Origin: Eledone cirrhosa
Taxonomy: Eukaryota
Reading direction: 5' to 3'
DNA length: 64,000 nucleotides
Assembly: GCA_964016885.1 (NCBI GenBank)
Contig: OZ024741.1
Coordinates: 327,980,001-328,044,000, forward strand
The position numbers and the translations under genes were made by a program. The notes under the pieces are model-generated. The model was given only the letters and a program-made list of their open reading frames with translations. It was not told the origin of the DNA and made no database searches. Shown here piece after piece: positions 10,930 to 22,233 of this stretch; positions within the stretch are counted from its first letter, which is position 1; every line of letters starts with the position of its first letter.

Positions 10930-13900
10930 AACGGTATCAGAAAGAAAGAAACCAAAAAAGAAAGAACACTCACCCTTCCCCCTCCAAAAACAAAATACAG
11001 AGGGAAACAAATAAATTATCAAACAAAAAAGTTAGGATATGTCACCATCCACACCAGCATCACCAACCCTATCACCCCAAACACCAACACCATCACCATC
11101 ATTAACCCCAACACCACCATCACCAACACCACAAAAGTCACCAAAAAGCGTAACAGAAAAAAACCCACAACAAACACAAACAAAACAAAACAACCAAAAC
11201 GATACACACTACACAGCATTAAATTTGAACAACAACCAATTATTACACTACATGCAACACAACACCAGCATCACAGAAAAATACTACACAACAATCCAAA
11301 AGTTCACAGCCTCTCCACACATACAAATCACTCGCATCACACAGAAAACGTACACGACACTAAAACAAAATTTCCCCAAAGACATCGGAGACTTCCGACA
11401 AAAATCTCCAGGAGGATTTATAAGGACATCCTTCCGGAGGAGGCCACAAGCAGTGGAAAGGATGGACAAACCATCCTTCCTCTACGAGAAGTAAGGTAGG
11501 TGGTCTTTACCATCTTTTCCACTCCATTTCAACATGACCTCACTCACAATAGGCAGCATAAATGCGCGTGGCTTGGGGTCATCATGGAAGCAGGGCCACC
11601 TGCTCAACGACCGCAGGTTACTAAATATATATGTAGTGGCCATCAGCGAGACCAGAGTCTCCGAAGCACGGGCCTTCACACCGATCTTCGGCGGCTACGA
11701 TGTGTACGCATCTCCCAGCCGTCCTGGATCGGGAGGGGGCGGTTGCTGTGCTTTTTCGGAGAGGTTTGGTATCGCCATACGGGCCATCTTCCTGAACCCA
11801 GAATGTAATTTGGTGGTGCTGGACGTGACCAGCGGAGACGGGCAAGCTTTCAAGCTAGTGGCCGTCTTTGCGCCGACAGGAGCTGGGCGGCCTGATTTCT
11901 TCCGGCGTCTGGAGACCTTTCTTGGAACGTCCCGCTCTTTAGTGTTAGTGGGCGACTGGAACGGGATCTTAGATGCACGCTGGGACTGTGTGGGATTAGC
12001 GGATAGGGGAGGAGGGTGCAAGGGCCTCACCAACCTGCTCAGGCGTTTTGAACTGTCTGACAGGTAACAATTGGATTTCCCGAATGTGCCAATGTGGACT
12101 TGAACAAATCGTATAGGGTCATCCAGATCAGATCTAGATAGAGTATTTTGTAGAGAAATAGATAGGTCTAGCATAGGCTGTCCACAATTCAAGGTAGTCA
12201 GCTACACGGACCACAAATTCGTGATCTGTGTGCTTGATTTAGGGGGCTTCATAGACGAGGATCCGGCTACTGGAATTAAACGCGTCCTTACCAGAGACCG
12301 GATTAGCGAACTAGTTAAGCGGGCGTTGACGGGGGCCATCGTCAACAACAAGTGGTGATTTGCTCTGAAAAGAGCAATTACAATAGAGTTCATTAGGTTT
12401 AGTAAGGCTTGAGCAATAGAGAAAAATAGAGCAGAGGGAGAGTTAGTTAGAAAATTAGACGAGGCGCTTAGCAAAGACATCGTGACCGACGTACTTGCGG
12501 CGAAATTGGCCCTTGACCAATTCTTCAATGCAAAGCCGAAGGCTGCGTTGTCAGAGCTGAGTGCGTACTCTCAGCCACGAGGGGACGAAAGCCGTTCAAT
12601 GGGCCCGAGTGGCGGAGGCGCGTCGTGGCAACAAAGTCACGATCCGGTCTTTGGTGGACTACGACGGGCGCATGCTACTCGATCCCGGGCAAATGTGTGA
12701 AGCTTTTCAGCGACAATTCGCTCAGTTGTTCGGGGGCAGCGGCGGGCCGGATCGAGGAATGGACTTTAGTGTCTACCTCGACGGACTGCCGCGGCTCTCG
12801 GCCACTGAGGCGAAGTGTTGCGAAAAGCCGATAACAGCCGCTGAAGTACGGGAGGCAATGACTAGCTGCACAAGGGGTAAATCGCCTGGTTTGGATGGTC
12901 TGCCCTATGAACTTTACGTACGGATGCCAGACTTGTTCGGAGGCCTCTTGCCGACGTCTACTGCAACTGGCAACAGAACGGGAGAATTCCCAGCTCTGTG
13001 AGCCGAGGAGCTGTGGCGCTGCTGAGAAAGGATCCGAACAAGGCGGATAACATAGATAATTTCCGGCCCATAACTCTGCTAAACACAGAGTTCAAGATTT
13101 TGGCCAAGGTGCTAGCAAAGAGGTTGGCGCTTGTCATTGGTGGTCTGGTGGGAGAGGCGCAGACATGTGCCATTCCCGACAGATCCATCCACGACAACCT
13201 CCACCTCATGCGATACATCGTAGAGAGGGCAGCTAGGGAACCTGGCACGGGTGGGTCCTTGATCAATTTAGATCAGTCGAAAGCTTTCGATAGGGTCGAC
13301 CATCGTTACCTAGCGGCAGTCCTGAGGGCGGCTGGCTTTGGGCCCGTCTTCAGAGGCTGGATCGCTGCCATGCACAGCGACATCTGCTCTGTGGTGAGAG
13401 TGAACGGTCACTTTTCGGAACCGTTCAACATCATGCGCTCGGTCCGCCAAGGATGTGCCCTCTCGTCCCTCTTGTACGTATTGACTCTCGAGCCATTACT
13501 GCACAAACTGGAGACGTTGAGGGGGGTCCCGCGCGAAATAGGATTCGGAAGATTTGTGTCAGCATATGCGGACGATGTCACCGTAGTGGTTTCGAAAGAC
13601 CAAACACATCGAGGCGATCGGCACTACACTCAGAGAAAACGAAGCGGTGACAGGAACAATGATCAACCAGGAAAAGTCAGTGGTGGGCCTGCAGCTCGGC
13701 ACCTGGAGAGACAGGTCCATGCCGTCCAACAGCGTCCTCGGGCGCTGGACGGACGGACCAGTTAAATCGCTCGGGGTCTGATTCGGTCCGGATCTCCAGA
13801 CGGACAAAAACTGGGACGAGGTGACGAGCAGGGTGGTTTCTCTCACCCAGAAATGGGCCGAGAGGAAGCTATCCCTGAAAGGTCGAGCGGAGCTGGCTAA

Positions 13901-15215
13901 CGCGTATATCGCGTCAGTCATCTACTACCGCCTGACCGTCGTAACTTGTCCTAAGCCCCGCCTGACTGCGCTGGAGCGTTTGCTCTTTCGCTTCTCGTGG
14001 AAGGGACGCGCTCCGATGGTCAGGCGGTCCATCTGCTGTCAACACCCGCAACGTGGAGGGGTGGGAATGCCGTGGCTGATGATGCCCAGACACGCGCTCA
14101 GGCTACGACATCTCCACCTCTTCCTCGACGGTGATCAGGTGTGGTCTCCGTTTGCTAGACGCGTCTTTCCCCAGCTCGTCTCCTTGACGGAGCTGCAGTC
14201 CTGGGTCAAGCGAAGACCGAGAGGGAGCGCTTGGAGACTGGAATGTCTTCAGGCGCTCACAGCCCTCGACCAATGTGGCAATGTGATCGGTGGAAACTCC
14301 ACCCTGGCGTTCTATATAGTATTAGTGGAGGGGAAGAGCGACGACGTACTTGTGGAAACTCTAGGCGTCGACGAAAATCAACTAGCCAATCTCTTCGGAA
14401 GAAATTTCGTGCCGGGGCCTATGGACAACTTCTAGAAATCCCTGGCCTGGCAGTGCTACCGAGGAGCTTTGCAAGTTCGGGATAAACTCTACAGGCATGG
14501 AGGGGCCGTCAGCCGGGAATGTCCGAGATGCGCGCAGGGCGACGAAACCGTCCTGCACGCACTCGTCCAGTGTCCGAGCATTGCTGACTTGTGGGTTTAT
14601 GTCGAACACATGCTGTCGCGTGTAGGACGGATCCAGCTATCAGCTGAGTCCATCGTGAGGATTGCCCCGCCCTCTTCCTTTAGCTGGGAAGGGCAGGCAG
14701 TTTTTATCTGTCTGGTGGCCATGGCGAAAGAGATAGTATGGTGGACACGTTTGAAAGGGCTGAAGACGAGCACTTAACTCTTCGGTGATGCCCTGATTAA
14801 CTTTTTAAAATTTCATTTAAAAAGGAAAATCAGGGTAGAAAAGGAAGTGCTCTCTTCCCAGCATTTTGTTGAAAGATGGGTGAGAGAGGCAATAATGGCC
14901 CGAGTGAATGGGCCTACTCTGAGTATGTGTCTGTAAATTAAAGGTGGAAAACTGGGAGAGAGCACTTGCCCTGGTGGTCAGGGTCACTGTGGCTTTTTAA
15001 TGGGCTTTCTCCACGAATGTCCCTCGGAAGTATCCCCCCTATTGGGGAATTTTTTCATTGTTCTATTATTACATCCTCTGTTTCTTGTTTTTTACACTCA
15101 GAACTGCCCATTTGTACCGACCTGTATTTTCCTGTACTGTCCTTAATGTCTACTTTATGTAAACCCTTGTGGTTAATAAAGAAATCATTATTATGATTAT
15201 TATTATTATTATTAT
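10930..15215 (+). mobile_element. Tx1/L1-clade LINE, 5'-truncated, with 3' UTR, AATAAA (15175) and (TTA)n tail
   Basis: GC-rich island carrying ORF2 remnants. The CA-rich 10930-11500 stretch may be the end of ORF1 (uncertain). Confidence 0.85.
11534..14936 (+). pseudogene. LINE ORF2 (APE endonuclease, reverse transcriptase, C-terminal Cys/His motif) broken by stops and frameshifts
   Basis: SINARGL, ISET, GDWN, DH (APE); KSPGLDGLP, FRPITLLN, DQSKAFDRVDH, VRQGC, YADD (RT); CPRC..ETVLHALVQC. Confidence 0.93.
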
Positions 15216-15242
15216 TATTAGTATTTATTATTATTACTATAT

Positions 15243-15420
15243 AAGGCGGTGAATTGGCAGTATCGGTAGAGGGTCGGGCGCCATGCTTTGACGCCATTCT
15301 GAGTTAAAATCCCTTCAAGGTTAACTTTGCCTTTCATCCTTATGGGGTCGATAAAATAAAGTTCCAGTAATGCACTGGATAATTGGTGGCCTTGTGCCGA
15401 AAGAAGAAACAATTATTATT
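15243..15420 (+). mobile_element. tRNA-derived SINE
   Basis: Same family as 7025-7210; lies directly after the LINE (TTA)n tail. Confidence 0.85.
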
Positions 15421-15688
15421 ACTATATATATATATATAAGCAAGATGTATGGTAGGTCGTTCGTAAATCGCGATGACCACGCATGACCTACCAAATATGC
15501 GACGGTAGCTAGTTAATATATATATAGCTAGTATATATATATATATATATATATGTAGATAAATCTACCAAGAGTTTACGGTAGTGTCCAATCCGTATGA
15601 AGAACTCAATGTATTCCGGATATCATGGAAAGAAGAGATGTAATGAAAATCCACTTTCGGTGAAAGATAAACGGTATACAGAGTCAAG

Positions 15689-16627
15689 ATAAAATATTAA
15701 ACAAATAATGAATAAACAATTCCTTATATTAAACAAAAAAAGTTCATTATTTGACGATCGTTTCTAGGGTATATATGTGTTATAATTGGTATGCATATTC
15801 AACAGATCTATGTACAAAATTATACAAAATTATACAAATTATCAAGATTAAATATACATACCTAACACATATATACGCCGTCTTCAGAAATAATGAAGTA
15901 TATTTATTGATAATAACAACAATTCAAAATATCAGTTCAAAATTGACCAATGAAAACACAAAGGGTTAAAAGCAGTTCGGTGTGTGTATATACATGTAAA
16001 ATCCTTACACATATTTTAGAATAATGTGTGTATAATTTGTATGCGCATACTAAAAAGATGGATGCAAACACAAAATTTCAAGGTTAATATCTCTGTAAGC
16101 TTAATGCGCTGATAAGATGCGCATTGATACTTATGGAGTCAAGCATATAAATATATTTTTTTTATATTTATATGCTTGACTCCATAAGTATCAATGCGCA
16201 TCTTATCAGCGCATTAAGCTTACAGAGATATTAACCTTGAAATTTTGTGTTTGCATCCATCTTTTTAGTATGCGCATACAAATTATACACACATTATTCT
16301 AAAATATGTGTAAGGATTTTACATGTATATACACACACCGAACTGCTTTTAACCCTTTGTGTTTTCATTGGTCAATTTTGAACTGATATTTTGAATTGTT
16401 GTTATTATCAATAAATATACTTCATTATTTCTGAAGACGGCGTATATATGTGTTAGGTATGTATATTTAATCTTGATAATTTGTATAATTTTGTATAATT
16501 TTGTACATAGATCTGTTGAATATGCATACCAATTATAACACATATATACCCTAGAAACGATCGTCAAATAATGAACTTTTTTTGTTTAATATAAGGAATT
16601 GTTTATTCATTATTTGTTTAATATTTT

Positions 16628-16629
<2 letters not shown>
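15689..16629. repeat. Palindrome with 467-bp arms and a T7 spacer (16156-16162); fold-back pLTR-like element, family F
   Basis: The same 72-aa ORF is predicted on both strands (15751+ and 16349-), and arm coordinates sum to 32318 throughout. Confidence 0.92.
16421..16575 (+). ncRNA. Type I hammerhead motif, family F, with 116-nt stem II domain (mirror copy 15743-15897 on minus strand)
   Basis: TTCATTATTT CTGAAGA [116 nt] GAAA CGATCG TC AAATAATGAA: 10-bp stem I, palindromic stem III, GUC site; stem II holds 14-bp and 15-bp helices. Confidence 0.85.
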
Positions 16630-16713
<84 letters not shown>

Positions 16714-16822
16714 GTAATAATAATAAAATTGAAGACTAAAATCCAAAGAGGGCTCGATAAGGAAAATATATATCAAATATATAAGAACCGTAGAGCAAAT
16801 ATTTATTAAAATAACAGATTAA

Positions 16823-16873
16823 AGTTTAAGCAAAGAATCGCTGCTTTCACCCTTAACGGGATCTTCTGAAACT
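16823..16873 (-). ncRNA. Hammerhead-like motif, family G, core CAGAAGA (also 18664-18714 and 20508-20558 minus; 18367-18417, 20207-20257 and 22051-22101 plus)
   Basis: AGTTT CAGAAGA T CCC gttaa GGG T GAAA GCA gcgattctt TGC TT AAACT. Confidence 0.65.
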
Positions 16874-17789
16874 AACAAAGTCAATCTGTAAACGCAGAAC
16901 TGGATATTTCAAAAAACGTTGCAGCCGGAGGAAGACAGGAAGACGATACTTTGGTTCGTGGTAACGTTCGCTGGCAAAGAACGGGAAAAAACGAATAATA
17001 CGTCATTAATAGGAGCGGTGAAAAACAATTACGCGCAAAGACAAAACAACCTTTATGGTATAAAAGAGGTCGTAGACTAATGTTCTCTTAGGTGGTGCAT
17101 ATAGACGTTCTCTGGCAATGAACGAAAAAACGAAGATAATAAGTCATATGTGGAGCGTGGAGAACAAAAGCACGCAAAGACAAAACCACGTAAATGGTAT
17201 AGCAGAAGTCGTACACTAAAATTCTAACTAGGAGACCAAATGAATCTCCGCTACAGAGTTAAGAACAAAGTAAATAAATACGATACAGAAGTAATAGAAA
17301 CAAATAAATACATACACGCAAACAGATACGTACATACACAAGCATACGCAAAACCTTACCATAGGTATACAAAACCACGCACATATAAATATGTGTGCGT
17401 GTGTATGCTTGTGTACAAATAAATAAATCATTATATAAACGTATATAAGTAAATAAATACGTATATAACAAGCGCACACACATACCTACATATGTTCGGA
17501 GACGTAAGTCAACTAAAACAAGAAGTACACATATACACACACCCACCATACGTACGAACCTGCATACTCACTCGGACGCAAAACTCCCGTATACACATAG
17601 CCAAACCCTAAATACCAGAATATGTAAAAATGATACGCCATAACAGTCAAATATACTTACGAGAAGGTATACATACCTTCACAAAACATATGGGTAATAT
17701 ATACTTACCTATGCAAATAAGTAAAGGAATAAACAAAACATATACTTAGCTCCCACATCAAGACGTAAAATATCCACGTATAGATCGTG

Positions 17790-18190
17790 CTATCCGTTAG
17801 GGTATAACGTGGGGCTGTAATACAGGAAAGTTTTGTGTAATTTATGTTTACAAGCCGAAATTGCCTCAGGTTTTTTGTTTAAGATGTGGTCTGTGGCGTA
17901 GAGTATTTCCAGGGCCTCAGCGGCGCAGAGGTCACATGGTCTTTTATTTCCGTTATACGATCTAGCCCTAGCTAGGATCTCCCAGTGTAACTTATATTGG
18001 GAGTGGTTGTCTTTTAGACTCCAGATATAAGCTGAAAGTGACGTCATATTCCTTCTTAGAGGGTAACGAAAAGAATGGGTATGCATGTAAAGACGCTGCT
18101 TGAAACTATTGGCGGTTAACCCTATTTAGGCCCTACAGGACGTGGGTATTACAACCTTATATTTGTAGACAATGTTACTAGAGAGGCATG
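17790..18190 (-). pseudogene. PLE GIY-YIG endonuclease C-terminal region, unit 1, with a stop replacing the YIG tyrosine
   Basis: CLSSNIVYK...A*IGLTANSFKQRLYMHTHSF...LSAYIWSLK...WEIL...CDLCAAE...LNKK.E...CKH. Confidence 0.85.
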
Positions 18191-18433
18191 TGGTTTTGTC
18201 TTTGCGCGTAATTGTTTTTCACCGCTCCTATTAATGACGTATTATTCGTTTTTTCCCGTTCTTTGCCAGCGAACGTTACCACGAACCAAAGTATCGTCTT
18301 CCTGTCTTCCTCCGGCTGCAACGTTTTTTGAAATATCCAGTTCTGCGTTTTCAGATTGACTTTGTTAGTTTCAGAAGATCCCGTTAAGGGTGAAAGCAGC
18401 GATTCTTTGCTTAAACTTTAATCTGTTATTTTA

Positions 18434-18557
<124 letters not shown>

Positions 18558-19629
18558 ATAATAATAAAATTGAAGACTAAAATCCAAAGAGGGCTCGATA
18601 AGGAAAATATATATCAAATATATAAGAACCGTAGAGCAAATATTTATTAAAATAACAGATTAAAGTTTAAGCAAAGAATCGCTGCTTTCACCCTTAACGG
18701 GATCTTCTGAAACTAACAAAGTCAATCTGTAAACGCAGAACTGGATATTTCAAAAAACGTTGCAGCCGGAGGAAGACAGGAAGACGATACTTTGGTTCGT
18801 GGTAACGTTCGCTGGCAAAGAACGGAAAAAACGAATAATACGTCATTAATAGGAGCGGTGAAAAACAATTACGCGCAAAGACAAAACAACGTTTATGGTA
18901 TAAAAGAGGTCGTAGACTAATGTTCTCTTAGGTGGTGCATATAGACGTTCTCTGGCAATGAACGAAAAAACGAAGATAATAAGTCATATGTGGAGCGTGG
19001 AGAACAAAAGCACGCAAAGACAAAACCACGTAAATGGTATAGCAGAAGTCGTAGACTAAAATTCTAACTAGGAGACCAAATGAATCTCCGCTACAGAGTT
19101 AAGAACAAAGTAAATAAATACGATACAGAAGTAATAGAAACAAATAAATACATACATGCAAACAGATACGTACATACACAAGCATACGCAAAACCTTACC
19201 ATAGGTATACAAAACCACGCACATATAAATATGTGTGCGTGTGTATGCTTGTGTACAAATAAATAAATCATTATATAAACGTATATAAGTAAATAAATAC
19301 GTATATAACAAGCGCACACACATACCTACATATGTTCGGAGACGTAAGTCAACTAAAACAAGAAGTACACATATACACACACCCACCATACGTACGAACC
19401 TGCATACTCACTCGGACGCAAAACTCCCGTATACACATAGCCAAACCCTAAATACCAGAATATGTAAAAATGATACGCCATAACAGTCAAATATACGTAC
19501 GAGAAGGTATACATACCTTCACAAAACATATGGGTAATATATACTTACCTATGCAAATAAGTAAAGGAATAAACAAAACATATACTTAGCTCCCACATCA
19601 AGACGTAAAATATCCACGTATAGATCGTG

Positions 19630-20030
19630 CTATCCGTTAGGGTATAACGTGGGGCTGTAATACAGGAAAGTTTTGTGTAATTTATGTTTACAAGCCGAAA
19701 TTGCCTCAGATTTTTTGTTTAAGATGTGGTCTGTGGCGTAGAGTATTTCCAGGGCCTCAGCGGCGCAGAGGTCACATGGTCTTTTATTTCCGTTATACGA
19801 TCTAGCCCTAGCTAGGATCTCCCAGTGTAACTTATATTGGGAGTGGTTGTCTTTTAGACTCCAGATATAAGCTGAAAGTGACGTCATATTCCTTCTTAGA
19901 GGGTAACGAAAAGAATGGGTATGCATGTAAAGACGCTGCTTGAAACTATTGGCGGTTAACCCTATGTAGGCCCTACAGGACGTGGGTATTACAACCTTAT
20001 ATTTGTAGACAATGTTACTAGAGAGGCATG
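19630..20030 (-). pseudogene. PLE GIY-YIG endonuclease region, unit 2 (reading frame open, 5'-truncated)
   Basis: As unit 1 but reads AYIGLT. Confidence 0.85.
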
Positions 20031-20273
20031 TGGTTTTGTCTTTGCGCGTAATTGTTTTTCACCGCTCCTATTAATGACGTATTATTCGTTTTTTCCCGTT
20101 CTTTGCCAGCGAACGTTACCACGAACCAAAGTATCGTCTTCCTGTCTTCCTCCGGCTGCAACGTTTTTTGAAATATCCAGTTCTGCGTTTTCAGATTGAC
20201 TTTGTTAGTTTCAGAAGATCCCGTTAAGGGTGAAAGCAGCGATTCTTTGCTTAAACTTTAATCTGTTATTTTA

Positions 20274-20401
<128 letters not shown>

Positions 20402-21473
20402 ATAATAATAAAATTGAAGACTAAAATCCAAAGAGGGCTCGATAAGGAAAATATATATCAAATATATAAGAACCGTAGAGCAAATATTTATTAAAATAAC
20501 AGATTAAAGTTTAAGCAAAGAATCGCTGCTTTCACCCTTAACGGGATCTTCTGAAACTAACAAAGTCAATCTGTAAACGCAGAACTGGATATTTCAAAAA
20601 ACGTTGCAGCCGGAGGAAGACAGGAAGACGATACTTTGGTTCGTGGTAACGTTCGCTGGCAAAGAACGGAAAAAACGAATAATACGTCATTAATAGGAGC
20701 GGTGAAAAACAATTACGCGCAAAGACAAAACAACGTTTATGGTATAAAAGAGGTCGTAGACTAATGTTCTCTTAGGTGGTGCATATAGACGTTCTCTGGC
20801 AATGAACGAAAAAACGAAGATAATAAGTCATATGTGGAGCGTGGAGAACAAAAGCACGCAAAGACAAAACCACGTAAATGGTATAGCAGAAGTCGTAGAC
20901 TAAAATTCTAACTAGGAGACCAAATGAATCTCCGCTACAGAGTTAAGAACAAAGTAAATAAATACGATACAGAAGTAATAGAAACAAATAAATACATACA
21001 TGCAAACAGATACGTACATACACAAGCATACGCAAAACCTTACCATAGGTATACAAAACCACGCACATATAAATATGTGTGCGTGTGTATGCTTGTGTAC
21101 AAATAAATAAATCATTATATAAACGTATATAAGTAAATAAATACGTATATAACAAGCGCACACACATACCTACATATGTTCGGAGACGTAAGTCAACTAA
21201 AACAAGAAGTACACATATACACACACCCACCATACGTACGAACCTGCATACTCACTCGGACGCAAAACTCCCGTATACACATAGCCAAACCCTAAATACC
21301 AGAATATGTAAAAATGATACGCCATAACAGTCAAATATACGTACGAGAAGGTATACATACCTTCACAAAACATATGGGTAATATATACTTACCTATGCAA
21401 ATAAGTAAAGGAATAAACAAAACATATACTTAGCTCCCACATCAAGACGTAAAATATCCACGTATAGATCGTG

Positions 21474-21874
21474 CTATCCGTTAGGGTATAACGTGGGGCT
21501 GTAATACAGGAAAGTTTTGTGTAATTTATGTTTACAAGCCGAAATTGCCTCAGATTTTTTGTTTAAGATGTGGTCTGTGGCGTAGAGTATTTCCAGGGCC
21601 TCAGCGGCGCAGAGGTCACATGGTCTTTTATTTCCGTTATACGATCTAGCCCTAGCTAGGATCTCCCAGTGTAACTTATATTGGGAGTGGTTGTCTTTTA
21701 GACTCCAGATATAAGCTGAAAGTGACGTCATATTCCTTCTTAGAGGGTAACGAAAAGAATGGGTATGCATGTAAAGACGCTGCTTGAAACTATTGGCGGT
21801 TAACCCTATGTAGGCCCTACAGGACGTGGGTATTACAACCTTATATTTGTAGACAATGTTACTAGAGAGGCATG
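21474..21874 (-). pseudogene. PLE GIY-YIG endonuclease region, unit 3 (reading frame open, 5'-truncated)
   Basis: Translation identical to unit 2. Confidence 0.85.
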
Positions 21875-22117
21875 TGGTTTTGTCTTTGCGCGTAATTGTT
21901 TTTCACCGCTCCTATTAATGACGTATTATTCGTTTTTTCCCGTTCTTTGCCAGCGAACGTTACCACGAACCAAAGTATCGTCTTCCTGTCTTCCTCCGGC
22001 TGCAACGTTTTTTGAAATATCCAGTTCTGCGTTTTCAGATTGACTTTGTTAGTTTCAGAAGATCCCGTTAAGGGTGAAAGCAGCGATTCTTTGCTTAAAC
22101 TTTAATCTGTTATTTTA

Positions 22118-22233
<116 letters not shown>

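Noticed and set aside
10897-11499. 200-aa Thr/Lys/His-rich ORF as a host gene
   Set aside because: It starts in a microsatellite, is low complexity and abuts LINE ORF2; more likely an ORF1 remnant or spurious.
15751-16567. Identical 72-aa ORFs on opposite strands
   Set aside because: By-product of the palindrome; the sequence is better explained as ribozyme structure.
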